A program made the translations under genes and the position numbers. From positions 1,096,571 through 1,160,570 of the forward strand of contig NC_021169.1 of assembly GCF_000385565.1 (NCBI RefSeq): DNA of 64,000 nt, read 5' to 3'. Origin of the DNA: Archaeoglobus sulfaticallidus PM70-1. GTDB lineage: Archaea; Halobacteriota; Archaeoglobi; Archaeoglobales; Archaeoglobaceae. The notes under the pieces are model-generated. The model did not search any database. It worked only from the letters and a program-made list of their open reading frames with translations, and was not told where the DNA came from. Positions 50,956 to 60,771 of the stretch are shown here, piece after piece (position 1 is the first letter of the stretch; every line of letters starts with the position of its first letter).

Positions 50956-51985
50956 AGCTGGCTGGGAGTTTTTTGATGTATCAAGGGCATACGGATTAGG
51001 GATTATTGTGCATGCACTAAGTGGAGATGCAGTAGTAAGTGATATGGGTGGGTTTTATTTGATAGAATCGAAAAGAGAATTGAATTTTGAGAGAATCGAC
51101 CAGATTCATCGATTTTTAGGTGATGATCGAGCTTGGAACAGGACTTTCCTAACGATTGGAAGTGGACAAAGAGAAAAGACGAAAAAGAGGGTTGTAGAGT
51201 TCTTAGGAAATGTAGAAAATATCCGAAATATATTGGATGATCTAAAAGAGCTAAAATCACCCGTTTCTATAGGAAGCGGGAAGGAGACTCTATATCAGCC
51301 AATGGAGCTGGCAGCAACGAAGGGTATTAGGGATGAAATTCTGTTAAAAAAGCAATATTCTGAAGGATCGTCTGTAAAAGTGTCGATAAATGATTTTAGC
51401 CTGTCAGTACTGGGGCACATCAATGCAACCATACGAAAGTTCTCAAACATGGGCATGGTTTTTGCCGTTCCAAGCCCTACCAGAACAAGAATACTGCACC
51501 TAATTGATGAGATTAAAAAGAGAATCGATGACTCGGTAAAAGGCTTACATAGGGCAGGGTGGTTTCCATCACTCGCTCAAATAGCCATAAATTTAGTTTT
51601 AGAAGAACTTAGAGTTGAAGAAGGCGGTAAATTTGCCCCAAAGTTCGGTTCTTTGATATACGGTGTGATGACAAGAACAGGAAATCAGTGGAAACCGTTG
51701 ACAGGTGGTATTTTTCCTCTTGATTTCCTACACCAGATAGCGGAATCCAATGAAGCAAAGGATGTGCTGAATAAATGGAAAGATATCTTTGAATGGACAG
51801 CCTTCAGAAAGGGGTACGAAGATTTGCCAAGTACTTTAGCCGAATTCATAGCAAATCCTAGTTTGTCCAATTATGAAAGATACATCAAACTTCATCTAAG
51901 AAATGAGCTTGATAAAGACCGAATAAAGTTCGGAAGTTACGAAAAGAGAGTTTTGGAGGGGGTGGTGAGTTTTGTCGGAGTTTAA
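50933..51985 (+). CDS. Candidate Cascade large subunit (Cas8a2/Csa4-sized, 350 aa), assigned by position
   Basis: No motif recognised. It sits between cas3 and the small-subunit/cas7/cas5 genes and overlaps its neighbours translationally. Confidence 0.45.
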   Translation: MNRYFLPKAGWEFFDVSRAYGLGIIVHALSGDAVVSDMGGFYLIESKRELNFERIDQIHRFLGDDRAWNRTFLTIGSGQREKTKKRVVEFLGNVENIRNILDDLKELKSPVSIGSGKETLYQPMELAATKGIRDEILLKKQYSEGSSVKVSINDFSLSVLGHINATIRKFSNMGMVFAVPSPTRTRILHLIDEIKKRIDDSVKGLHRAGWFPSLAQIAINLVLEELRVEEGGKFAPKFGSLIYGVMTRTGNQWKPLTGGIFPLDFLHQIAESNEAKDVLNKWKDIFEWTAFRKGYEDLPSTLAEFIANPSLSNYERYIKLHLRNELDKDRIKFGSYEKRVLEGVVSFVGV

Positions 51986-52334
51986 ACTTGGAGACATTTT
52001 TGGATGTGAAGCTGTAAAGAATTTTGGAGCAGCATTGAGGAAAGCACTGAGGATTGGCGACGATTACGCATCTCTTGTAGAATTAGAATACGTTGAGACA
52101 AAAGAACAGTTTGAAGAAGTTATAAAGAAGTTTTTGAGGAGATACGAGACTATAGCTAGGAGAGGTTACAAGGGAAAGGAGCTTAGTCGCCTTAGCGAGA
52201 AGGATCTAGAAGAGCTCATGGGTTTGGTGGATAAGTACGATGTAAAGCCAATTAGAGCGGCACTCATCAGTTACGCTCTCGTTAAAAGCGAGAGAGAAGA
52301 CGAAACTACATTCGAATCTGAGGAGGTGGTTTAA
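51972..52334 (+). CDS. Candidate Cascade small subunit (Cas11/Csa5-like, 120 aa), assigned by position
   Basis: Small helical protein directly upstream of cas7, overlapping both neighbours. Confidence 0.4.
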   Translation: MSEFKLGDIFGCEAVKNFGAALRKALRIGDDYASLVELEYVETKEQFEEVIKKFLRRYETIARRGYKGKELSRLSEKDLEELMGLVDKYDVKPIRAALISYALVKSEREDETTFESEEVV

Positions 52335-53288
52335 GTGAGTGGAATTTATGAAATCGCTATTTTGGGTAGAGCTACATGGCAGCTACACAGCCTGAACAAT
52401 GAAGGAACCGTTGGAAACGTTACAGAGCCGAGAAGTGTTAGAATAATCGATCCAAACACAAAGAAAGCTGTAACAACCGATGGAATTTCTGGAGAGATGC
52501 TAAAACATATTCATACAGAGATTATGTGGGCATTAGATGACAAAAACAACTTATGCGACGCCTGCAAGGTGCTGAACCCAGAAAAATTCAACTTTGCGAT
52601 AAAAACAAAAAAGGTTACAACCAAGGACGTTGAAGACGCGTTAAAACAGGCTTTAGAAACATGCGATATTTGTGACGTTCAGGGCTTCCTTCTCGAAAGA
52701 CCCACAGCTTCAAGAAAATCAACAGTAGAATTTGGCTGGGCTCTTGGAATACCTGAGGTTTATAGGGATATCCACACCCACGCGAGGCACGCTCTTGGTG
52801 AGAAAGGCAGAGGAGGTAGAAATCAAGAAAACGAGGGGGAAACTGAGGGTGTTTCAACACAGATGGTATATCACCGTCCAACCCGTTCCGGTGTGTATGC
52901 AGTTATTTCAGTATTCCAGCCTTGGAGAATTGGATTGAATGAAGTAAGACAGAGTAAATACACCTATGATGCGGACGATAGCGCGAGGGAGAGAAGATAC
53001 AAACTCGCATTGAAGGCGTATCAGCTTCTGTTTGCCCGTCCAGAAGGAGCAATGACTACCACACGATTGCCGCATGTTGAAGATTTCAGCGGAGTAATAG
53101 TTTACTCGACAGAGCCAATACCTGTTCCTATAATCTCGCCTCTTAAGAACGACTATGTTAACGAAATAAAAACTATAGCAGAAAGCTTAGACGCTTCATT
53201 AAAAGTTGTTGAGTTCGACGGTATTGCAGACTTCGCGATAAAGATAGGGCAGCTGACTAACAATAAACCATACGAAATGGAGTTTTAG
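52335..53288 (+). CDS. cas7: Cas7 backbone protein
   Basis: N-terminal 'ATWQLHSLNNEGTVGNVTEPR' is the Cas7 (Csa2/Csh2-type) signature strand-loop. Size 317 aa. Confidence 0.8.
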   Translation: MSGIYEIAILGRATWQLHSLNNEGTVGNVTEPRSVRIIDPNTKKAVTTDGISGEMLKHIHTEIMWALDDKNNLCDACKVLNPEKFNFAIKTKKVTTKDVEDALKQALETCDICDVQGFLLERPTASRKSTVEFGWALGIPEVYRDIHTHARHALGEKGRGGRNQENEGETEGVSTQMVYHRPTRSGVYAVISVFQPWRIGLNEVRQSKYTYDADDSARERRYKLALKAYQLLFARPEGAMTTTRLPHVEDFSGVIVYSTEPIPVPIISPLKNDYVNEIKTIAESLDASLKVVEFDGIADFAIKIGQLTNNKPYEMEF

Positions 53289-53298
53289 GTGAACAAAG

Positions 53299-53985
53299 AT
53301 GCAGTGGGTAAAATTATCACTACACTTTCCATCTTTTTTCTCGTACCGCATACCAGATTACTCTTCACAGTACGCTTTGAGTGTCCCATTGCCGTCTCCG
53401 TCGGCGATAAAGCTTGCAGTGGTAGCAACGGCCATAAGAGCTACTGGTAATGTTGCTGAGGGTGAGTGTGTCTTTTATGCTGTGCGGGATGCTGATATAC
53501 GAATTGTCCCGCCCGAGCAAATTGCGATTAACTCGGTTTTGATTAGGCGACTGAAGAAAAAGAAGAATCCCACAGAGTTAGAAACTTTCGAGAGGACGTT
53601 TGGAGTCAGAGAATACGTCTTCTTTCCAGATGACATAAACTTGTTAGTCGGTTGTGACGATATCGATACTGCAATCAAATATTTTGGCATACTAAGATAT
53701 CTTGGCTCAAGTGACTCGATGCTTTACGTCAAGCGCGTAGAGCAAATTGAAGAACCACCAGAAAGTGCAATTAAAGCAATAACTGATAAAGAATTTGTAG
53801 AAGCTATTTCCAAAGAATCCTACGTGATTTATCCAGTAAATGACATAAGTAAAAAGGCAAAATTCGAACAAATAAACCCGTATTCGGAAAAATCAGGCAG
53901 AAACGTCTTTGAAAGAAAATATTACCTCATCAAAGCCAAAATCAAAAAGGGCAAAAACTGGAAAGTCCTCGAAATTTGGTGTTAG
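53299..53985 (+). CDS. cas5: Cas5
   Basis: 'SVPLPSPSAIKLAVVATAIRATG' matches the Cas5 N-terminal PxPS…G motif. Size 228 aa. Confidence 0.72.
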   Translation: MQWVKLSLHFPSFFSYRIPDYSSQYALSVPLPSPSAIKLAVVATAIRATGNVAEGECVFYAVRDADIRIVPPEQIAINSVLIRRLKKKKNPTELETFERTFGVREYVFFPDDINLLVGCDDIDTAIKYFGILRYLGSSDSMLYVKRVEQIEEPPESAIKAITDKEFVEAISKESYVIYPVNDISKKAKFEQINPYSEKSGRNVFERKYYLIKAKIKKGKNWKVLEIWC

Positions 53986-54098
53986 GTTATAGGAAAGTGA
54001 GGGAGGGCTTAACCCTTCGAACATTATTGAGAACGATACAGAATCTCCGAATCCAACAGCAGAGAATCCTTAAATAGTTTCATGCAAATAATTGTCTG

Positions 54099-54305
54099 GT
54101 GTTCAAAATGGGCGAGATCACGATCAAAGTGAGGGTGCCAGATCGCTTTGAAGAGATATTCAAGCGGGAAGTTGAAGAGTTAGCCAAAGCTTTGATTGAG
54201 AAGGAACGGCTTTTTGAAAAGTTAAGGGAACTCAAAGGTATTCTTGAGACAGATAAACCATGGAAGGAGCTAAAGAGAGAGATCTATGAGCAGAGTTCTT
54301 ATTGA
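54099..54305 (+). CDS. VapB-like antitoxin
   Basis: 68 aa. Its stop overlaps the PIN gene start. A TATA-like TTAAATA and the shared motif TTTCATGCAAATAATT lie upstream. Confidence 0.55.
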   Translation: MFKMGEITIKVRVPDRFEEIFKREVEELAKALIEKERLFEKLRELKGILETDKPWKELKREIYEQSSY

Positions 54306-54741
54306 TAGCTCGCTATTAATTGAATATTTCAAAGGAAATCCCAAAGCCGTTGAAATCTTTGAGAATTTGAAGACCTCTCCAGTAGCTCTTTTGATAAATC
54401 CCATTGTATTTAGTGAAGTCAGCTACCTGTTTTTGAGATATTCTACCAAGAAGAGCCGTTTTGATTTTACACCTGAAGTTGTTAAGAGCTCAAAAATAGA
54501 GACTCTTTTCGTTTTACTGAACTCCTTTGGAATACTTGACCTTACAAAGGAAATAGTGATTCTTGCAGAAAATATCATGGTTAAGTACGGTTTGCTGCCA
54601 AACGATGCTCTAATTCTGGCGACGTGTAAATTTTACGGGATTAAATATCTGATCTCTCTCGATGGAGATTTCAAAGAACCATGCGTGAAGGAGGGAATAG
54701 AACTTATAGAGAGTGCTGAAAAACTTAAATTAATTGAATAG
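54286..54741 (+). CDS. vapC: PIN-domain toxin (VapC)
   Basis: 'RVLIDSSLLIEYF…' carries the first acidic residue. Further acidic residues lie at 'NDALILA' and 'ISLDGDF'. Confidence 0.8.
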   Translation: MSRVLIDSSLLIEYFKGNPKAVEIFENLKTSPVALLINPIVFSEVSYLFLRYSTKKSRFDFTPEVVKSSKIETLFVLLNSFGILDLTKEIVILAENIMVKYGLLPNDALILATCKFYGIKYLISLDGDFKEPCVKEGIELIESAEKLKLIE

Positions 54742-55006
54742 ACTGCACAACTCTCGAAAATCAATGGAAGACGAATTCTTAAATAATTTCATGCAAATAA
54801 TTTGTTCAGGTGTTGATAATGGTGAAGTTACAATCAGGCTCAAAATTCCAGAGGAGATTCTGAAGCAGGTTGATTTGAATAAAGTGGTTGAAAGACTTGA
54901 AAAAGAGATTATGCTCGAATACAATCTGAAAAAGCTCCACGGCAAATTAAGGGGTAAAAACCTTGAGAAGTTGCTTGAAGAGATAGAAGACGAATGGGGG
55001 ATTTGA
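54734..55006 (+). CDS. Second VapB-like antitoxin paralog (orphan; start uncertain)
   Basis: 'NGEVTIRLKIPEEILKQ' is homologous to 'MGEITIKVRVPDRFEEIFKR' of 54099. The canonical ATG is out of frame in this copy. Confidence 0.4.
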   Translation: MNRLHNSRKSMEDEFLNNFMQIICSGVDNGEVTIRLKIPEEILKQVDLNKVVERLEKEIMLEYNLKKLHGKLRGKNLEKLLEEIEDEWGI

Positions 55007-55089
55007 AGGCTTTTGTCGATAGCAATAATAAACCACCTCGAAGGCGAAATGGATTTATCCATAATTAAGGATAAGTTCATGCTTTGCTC

Positions 55090-55400
55090 CAATGCCATTT
55101 TCACTGAGGCATTAATGGTTTATCTCAATGCAACAGGAAAAAGAGCTATGAGCTGAAGAAAAAATAATTCTTGAAGAACTTATTCATGCTCTTTTAGATT
55201 TTTGAGAAAGATTTTTTGAGGAGCTGGAAATTAACAGCAGGAATTTAGCTTATGGGTTCATAAAAAAATGGATCGCTATCAAACGAAGCTTTAATTTTAT
55301 CAACATGTGGGTTTTACGGGATTAAATACCTGATACCTGATTTCCTTCGATAGCGATAAAAAAAGCCCTGCAAGACCTCTTCAAAACGATGCTCCACAAG
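55090..55400 (+). pseudogene. Remnant of a second vapC copy
   Basis: 55282-55360 is ~80% identical at DNA level to the vapC 3' end (54601-54680: …TTTTACGGGATTAAATA[TC]CTGAT…), but lacks an intact frame. Confidence 0.45.
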
Positions 55401-55498
55401 CTGATGACTGCACGGATAAGGGTTAAAGACTCGAAGTTCCAGCAGAAAAGCTTGAAACGCTGAACATAGCTTTGCTGATAGAGGCCTAAAGTATTTAA

Positions 55499-55780
55499 AT
55501 GTATAAAGGCAAGAATAACTCAATGAACGAAATCTCAGTACAGATACCTCAGGAACTCGCCAGAATCCTTGGAGTTAAAGCGAGTGAGCTTCCAAAAGTC
55601 GTAAGGCTGTACCTTGCTATAGAGCTTTACCGTGAGGGTAAGGTCAGCCTCGGAAAAGCTTCCGAAATAGCGGGGCTGAGCAAGTGGGAGATGATGGAAA
55701 TTCTTGCATCTAAAGGCATATCATTGCAGTACGATGAGGAAGATTTGAAGGAAGATATTGAAGTCCTTGAGAGTCTATGA
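55499..55780 (+). CDS. UPF0175-family antitoxin
   Basis: 93 aa reading 'LYLAIELYREGKVSLGKASEIAGLSKWEMMEIL', with ATGA overlap to the downstream PIN gene. Confidence 0.65.
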   Translation: MYKGKNNSMNEISVQIPQELARILGVKASELPKVVRLYLAIELYREGKVSLGKASEIAGLSKWEMMEILASKGISLQYDEEDLKEDIEVLESL

Positions 55781-56259
55781 TTGTTGTATCTAACTCAAGT
55801 CCTCTTATTACTCTTGCAAAGATAGGAAAACTGAGCACTCTAAAGGAGCTTTTTGGAGAAATCATTATTCCAAAGGCAGTTTGGGTTGAAGTTGTTGAAA
55901 AGGGAAGAGGAAAGCCTGGGGCTGAAGAGGTTGAAAAGGCAGAATGGATTAAAGTGATTGAGGTCAAAGACAGGCTTGGCGTTGAAATTCTGAGAAGTGA
56001 AATCGAGACTGGAGAAGCTGAGGCGATAGTTCTTGCGAAAGTGCTCGATGCAGATCTTCTTCTGATGGATGAGAAAATTCCAAGGCTCATAGCAAAATCC
56101 CTCAATATTAAGGTTGCTGGTAGCCTTGCAGTCATCTATATTGCAAAGAAAAAGGGAATAATCAAAGAAGATTTTGATGAAATTGTTAAGATACTCAGGC
56201 TTAAAGGTATCAGATTCAGCGATGAGGTTGTTAGAAAGCTGAAGGAGCTGTATGGATAG
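55777..56259 (+). CDS. PIN-domain protein (DUF3368-like) toxin partner of UPF0175
   Basis: 160 aa with acidic residues at 'LLLMDEK' and 'ETGEAEAIVLA', and a size typical for the family. Confidence 0.65.
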   Translation: MIVVSNSSPLITLAKIGKLSTLKELFGEIIIPKAVWVEVVEKGRGKPGAEEVEKAEWIKVIEVKDRLGVEILRSEIETGEAEAIVLAKVLDADLLLMDEKIPRLIAKSLNIKVAGSLAVIYIAKKKGIIKEDFDEIVKILRLKGIRFSDEVVRKLKELYG

Positions 56260-56441
56260 TGCATCAGTATGGGTTCGAGAATATTTTGTTTACAAATCCG
56301 CATTTTCGAAATTAATTGAAAACGCCGACTTAATTGATGGGAACATTACAGTCCTCGGAAAGACCCAAAAACCCCTAGAAGTTCTAAAATCGAACCAGAA
56401 GATTTTTAAATTTTAAATTGATAATAGCTCTGGTGATAAAT

Positions 56442-57623
56442 ATGAAGCCTGTTGAAGTTGCGGAAAACATTTACTGGGTTGGAGCCATAGACTGGGATGA
56501 GCGGGACTTTCACAACTTTGAAATCGATAGGGGTGCGACGTACAATGCATATCTAATTCTGGATGATAAAATCGCCCTTGTGGATACTGTTAAGCACAAA
56601 TTCTACGGCGAGATGATGGAAAGAATAAAAAAGCTCATAGATCCATCACAGATCGATTACATCATCGCGAATCATGTTGAAACGGATCATTCTGGTAGCT
56701 TAGCCGATATAAAGAGAGTGGCTAAGGATGCCGTGGTTGTCTGCACGAAAAGAGGTATGGAGGGAATATCCAAGCACTTCAACACGAATGGATGGGACTT
56801 CAATGTTGTGAAGAGTGGAGACGAGCTAAAGCTTGGAAAGAAAACCCTGATGTTTCTTGAGATGACTATGCTCCACTGGCCTGACAGCATGGCGACCTAT
56901 GTGAAGGAGGATGAACTGCTGCTGTCGAACGATGCCTTCGGGCAGCACATCGCGAGCGAGGAGAGGTTCGATGAAGAGATTGGAGTGGAGGAGGCAATAA
57001 GGAGGGCGAAGATATACTATGCCAACATCCTGATGCCTTTCGGGAATCTGATAATCAAGAAACTCAAGGAGATTGAGAGCCTTCAGATACCCATCAGGAT
57101 GATAGCACCAAGTCATGGCGTTATATGGAGAAATCCGGAAAGGATAATCAACGCTTACAAAGAGTGGGCGGAATTCAAGACAGAGGATAAGGTTGTTATC
57201 GTTTACGATACGATGTGGCACAGCACAGAAAAGCTCGCGAGGGCTTTGGCAGATGGTGCAGCCTCTGCTGGAGCCAAGGTCAGAATGTTTCACATAAGGA
57301 AGGATCCATGGGCAGCGATCATGACCGAAATTCTGGATGCTAAAGCCATAGCCGTGGGGTCTCCAACGATGCACAACACAGTATTCCCGCCAGTTGCCGG
57401 ATTTCTTGCATACATGAAGGGCTTGAAGCCAAAGAACAAGATCGGCATGGCATTCGGCTCTTACGGATGGGGTGGTGGAGCAGTCAAGGAAATAAACAGG
57501 GTATTTGAAGAGCTCAAGTTTGAGGTGGTTGAACCCCTGCAGGTTAGGTTCAGGCCAACTGGTGAGGAGCTTGAAGCAGCGTTCAACGCTGGAGCCAGGC
57601 TTGGAGAGATGGTTAAGGGTTAA
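56442..57623 (+). CDS. fprA: Type A flavoprotein (FprA; flavodiiron O2/NO reductase)
   Basis: MBL-like diiron domain 'HVETDHSGSL' plus a C-terminal flavodoxin domain 'IAVGSPTMHN'. Start set at ATG 56442. Confidence 0.85.
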   Translation: MKPVEVAENIYWVGAIDWDERDFHNFEIDRGATYNAYLILDDKIALVDTVKHKFYGEMMERIKKLIDPSQIDYIIANHVETDHSGSLADIKRVAKDAVVVCTKRGMEGISKHFNTNGWDFNVVKSGDELKLGKKTLMFLEMTMLHWPDSMATYVKEDELLLSNDAFGQHIASEERFDEEIGVEEAIRRAKIYYANILMPFGNLIIKKLKEIESLQIPIRMIAPSHGVIWRNPERIINAYKEWAEFKTEDKVVIVYDTMWHSTEKLARALADGAASAGAKVRMFHIRKDPWAAIMTEILDAKAIAVGSPTMHNTVFPPVAGFLAYMKGLKPKNKIGMAFGSYGWGGGAVKEINRVFEELKFEVVEPLQVRFRPTGEELEAAFNAGARLGEMVKG

Positions 57624-57635
57624 TAGGGTTTAAAG

Positions 57636-58238
57636 ATGATACTCGGAATCTGTGGGAGTCCGAGAAAGAAAGCTACCGAACATGTTCTCAGAGAAGCTCT
57701 GGCAATGCTTGAGAAGGATGGCATCGAAACGGAGTTCTTCACCGTCAGAAAAAAGGAGATAAGCTTCTGCCAGCACTGTGACTACTGTCTGAAAAAGAAG
57801 GAGTGCAGGATCAGGGATGACATGTATGAGCTGTATCCTTTAATGAAAGAGGCAGAGGGTTACATTTTTGCCACCCCGGTTTACAATGGTGGTGTCAGTG
57901 CACAGATCAAGGCCGTGATGGATAGAACGAGGGCCATAGTGGTGGAGAACATGGATGTTTTCAGGCACAAGATTGGCATGGCCATAGCTGTAGGGGGAGA
58001 CAGAATTGGTGGACAGGAACTCGCAATTCAGCAAATTCACACATTTTTTATCCTAAACGGAATAATTCCTGTGAGTGGCGGCTTTTTTGGAGCGAATCTC
58101 GGAGCGACATTCTGGTCGAAGGATACGCTTGATGGAGTCATGGAGGATGAAGGGGGATTCAGAAGCTTGAGGAAAACTGTGAGGAGATTTAAAGAGATGT
58201 ACTTCAGAATCTGCCGAGGCAACCAGAACCCGAAGTAA
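57636..58238 (+). CDS. isf: Iron-sulfur flavoprotein (Isf; NADPH-dependent FMN reductase fold)
   Basis: 'ILGICGSPRKKATEH' flavodoxin-like FMN site and the compact Cys motif 'CQHCDYC…C'. Confidence 0.72.
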   Translation: MILGICGSPRKKATEHVLREALAMLEKDGIETEFFTVRKKEISFCQHCDYCLKKKECRIRDDMYELYPLMKEAEGYIFATPVYNGGVSAQIKAVMDRTRAIVVENMDVFRHKIGMAIAVGGDRIGGQELAIQQIHTFFILNGIIPVSGGFFGANLGATFWSKDTLDGVMEDEGGFRSLRKTVRRFKEMYFRICRGNQNPK

Positions 58239-58262
58239 CCAGAACAGATAAAAAATTAAATT

Positions 58263-59420
58263 TTATTTGAACTTGCCAAGCACATCCTTGGCTATTGTGT
58301 TCAGCTGAACCTCTTTCGTTCCTTCGTATATCTCGGTTATCTTCGAGTCTCTGTAGAACCTCTCAACATCGTACTCTCCGATGTAGCCGTAGCCTCCATG
58401 CATCTGTATCGCCTCATCGCATACCTTCACAGCCACCTTGCCAGCCATGTACTTCGCCATTGATGTCAGACCGGGATCGATTCTTCCCTGATCGTAGTTC
58501 CAGGCTGATTTGTATATCAGAAGCCTCGTACACTCAATAAGGGTTCTCAGATCGGCTATTCTGTGCTGCAAGGCCTGGAATCCACCAATCGGCTGACCGA
58601 ACTGCTTTCTCTCCTTAACATACTTTACCGTTCTGTCGAAGGCACCCTGAGCTATTCCGAGAGCCTGAGCGGCAATCTCAATTCTGCTCTCATCGAAGAA
58701 CTCGAGAACCTGATAGAAACCCCTGTTAAGCTGGCCGATTATGTCCTCCTCAGATACCCTCACATTCTTGAAAATCACCTCTGCTGTTGGGGAGGCTCTT
58801 ATTCCCATCTTCTTGCCGATCTTGTTTGTTGATAATCCTTCAGCATCCTTCCTCACAAGGAATGTCGTGAATCCTCTGTATCTCGGTTTAGCATCTGGAT
58901 CTGTTACGGCTAAAACAATGTAGTAATCGGCAATTGTGCCATTTGTGATGAATGTTTTGGTGCCATTTATTACCCATTCATCTCCATCCTTCTCAGCCTT
59001 CGTCTTTATGGCGGTTAAATCACTTCCAGCTTCCGGCTCGGTGTAGCAACCGGCAGTTATGGCCTTTCCTCCAGCAACCTTCGGCAGAACCTCACTCTTC
59101 AGATCCTCACTTCCAAACCTCATAACAACTTCCGATGAGAAATCGGAAAGAATAATTGCACTGCCGAGCGTGCTATCTGCTCTGCAGAACTCCTCAACCA
59201 CGAGGACATTCTCCAGAATGCCCATTCCTGCGCCGCCATACTCTTCGGGGAAGTGTATGCCAATGAAACCAAGCTCACAAGCTTTCTTCCACAACTCAAA
59301 CGGGAATTCTTCTTTCTCATCAGCCTCCTCTGCCCTCTCTTTCGTGAACTCATTTTCCGCAAACTCTCTTGCGGCTTTCTGGATATCCTTCTGCTCCTGA
59401 GTAAGTTCGAAATTAACCAT
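58263..59420 (-). CDS. Acyl-CoA dehydrogenase
   Basis: 385 aa carrying 'YTEPEAGSD', 'QMHGGYGY' and the C-terminal catalytic Glu region 'IYEGTKEVQ'. Confidence 0.85.
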   Translation of the reverse strand: MVNFELTQEQKDIQKAAREFAENEFTKERAEEADEKEEFPFELWKKACELGFIGIHFPEEYGGAGMGILENVLVVEEFCRADSTLGSAIILSDFSSEVVMRFGSEDLKSEVLPKVAGGKAITAGCYTEPEAGSDLTAIKTKAEKDGDEWVINGTKTFITNGTIADYYIVLAVTDPDAKPRYRGFTTFLVRKDAEGLSTNKIGKKMGIRASPTAEVIFKNVRVSEEDIIGQLNRGFYQVLEFFDESRIEIAAQALGIAQGAFDRTVKYVKERKQFGQPIGGFQALQHRIADLRTLIECTRLLIYKSAWNYDQGRIDPGLTSMAKYMAGKVAVKVCDEAIQMHGGYGYIGEYDVERFYRDSKITEIYEGTKEVQLNTIAKDVLGKFK

Positions 59421-59511
59421 ATCTGCACCCCCGGATGAGAATGAATCAGGTAAACTTATATTATTTTTGATTTGAAATCGTAAGAATTTATCGGATCAAT
59501 TAAATAAATAT

Positions 59512-60771
59512 TTAAACTTTTCTTGGATCGGTTATCTCGCCATATATTGCTGTGGCTGCTGCGGTAGCTGGAGAGACAAGATAGATCTTTCCTTCCGGGC
59601 TTCCCTGCCTGCCAACGAAGTTTCGATTTGATGTTGAAACGCTGACCTCCCCATTACCTATCAGTCCAAAGCTTCCGCCCATGCATGGCCCGCATGATGG
59701 GAATTCAACTATCGCTCCAGCATCCACGAATATATCGATCAATCCGTCTTTCAGGGCTTTTCTGTATATACTCCTCGTTGCCGGTATTACGATCAGCCTT
59801 ACTCCTCTGGCGACCTTTTCCCCTTCAAGCATCTCAGCAGAGATCTTTAAGTCCTCAAATCTGCCATTCGTGCATGAGCCTATGAATACCTGATCAACCT
59901 TAACACCCTCAACCTCTCCAACATCCACAACATTATCCACTCTGTGGGGTTTCGCAACCTGGGGCTCAAGTTTTGTCGCATCCAGCTCCACAATCCTCTT
60001 GTAGCTGGCATCCTCATCGCTGAAAACCCAGTCAGGGTTTTCGTAACCGTCAATAATTTCTCCCAGATAGTTTTCAGTAACCTTATCCGGCTCAATTATA
60101 CCCGCTTTACCACCCATCTCTATCGCCATGTTTGCCATTGTCAGCCTCTCTGACATCCCCATCTCTCTTACTGTGCTTCCTGTAAATTCGCACGCACAGT
60201 AGTTTGCTCCATCAGCTCCAACCAAGCCTATCAGCTTCAGAATGACATCCTTGCTGTAAACCCTTTTCTGCAGCTTCCCTTCAACAATGAATCTGATGGT
60301 TTCAGGAACTTTAAACCAGAGCTTTCCCAGAGCGAATACCGAGCCCATATCGGTTGAGCCTATACCTGTTGAGAAGGCTCCTAACGCACCGTACATGCAT
60401 GTGTGGCTGTCTGCACCAACAACGAGCATTCCCGGCAGCACATGGCCTCTCTCAACCATTATCTGATGAGCAATTCCTTCATAAACATCGTAGTTCAGTA
60501 TTCCCTGCTCCTTTGCGAATTTTCTCAGCAGTTTGTGGTTTTCAGCAGCATTTATGCTATCTGCCGGAACCTGATGGTCGAAAGCTATTACGATTTTGGA
60601 CGGATCCCAAACTTTACCATTGTTGGTTATCTCGTTAAAAACCTTGATTGCAAGAGGGCCGGTTATGTCGTGAATCATAGCCCTATCTATTTCTGCAAAA
60701 ACGAATTCTCCAGCTTTAACCTCTTTGCCGCTCGCCTTTGAAAATATCTTTTCACTTAGAGTTTGACCCAT
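59512..60771 (-). CDS. leuC: Aconitase-family dehydratase large subunit (3-isopropylmalate/homoaconitate)
   Basis: '[11 protein letters not shown]', 'VGADSHT', 'GSCTNGR' and 'PSCGPCMG' cluster-ligand motifs. Confidence 0.8.
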   Translation of the reverse strand: MGQTLSEKIFSKASGKEVKAGEFVFAEIDRAMIHDITGPLAIKVFNEITNNGKVWDPSKIVIAFDHQVPADSINAAENHKLLRKFAKEQGILNYDVYEGIAHQIMVERGHVLPGMLVVGADSHTCMYGALGAFSTGIGSTDMGSVFALGKLWFKVPETIRFIVEGKLQKRVYSKDVILKLIGLVGADGANYCACEFTGSTVREMGMSERLTMANMAIEMGGKAGIIEPDKVTENYLGEIIDGYENPDWVFSDEDASYKRIVELDATKLEPQVAKPHRVDNVVDVGEVEGVKVDQVFIGSCTNGRFEDLKISAEMLEGEKVARGVRLIVIPATRSIYRKALKDGLIDIFVDAGAIVEFPSCGPCMGGSFGLIGNGEVSVSTSNRNFVGRQGSPEGKIYLVSPATAAATAIYGEITDPRKV

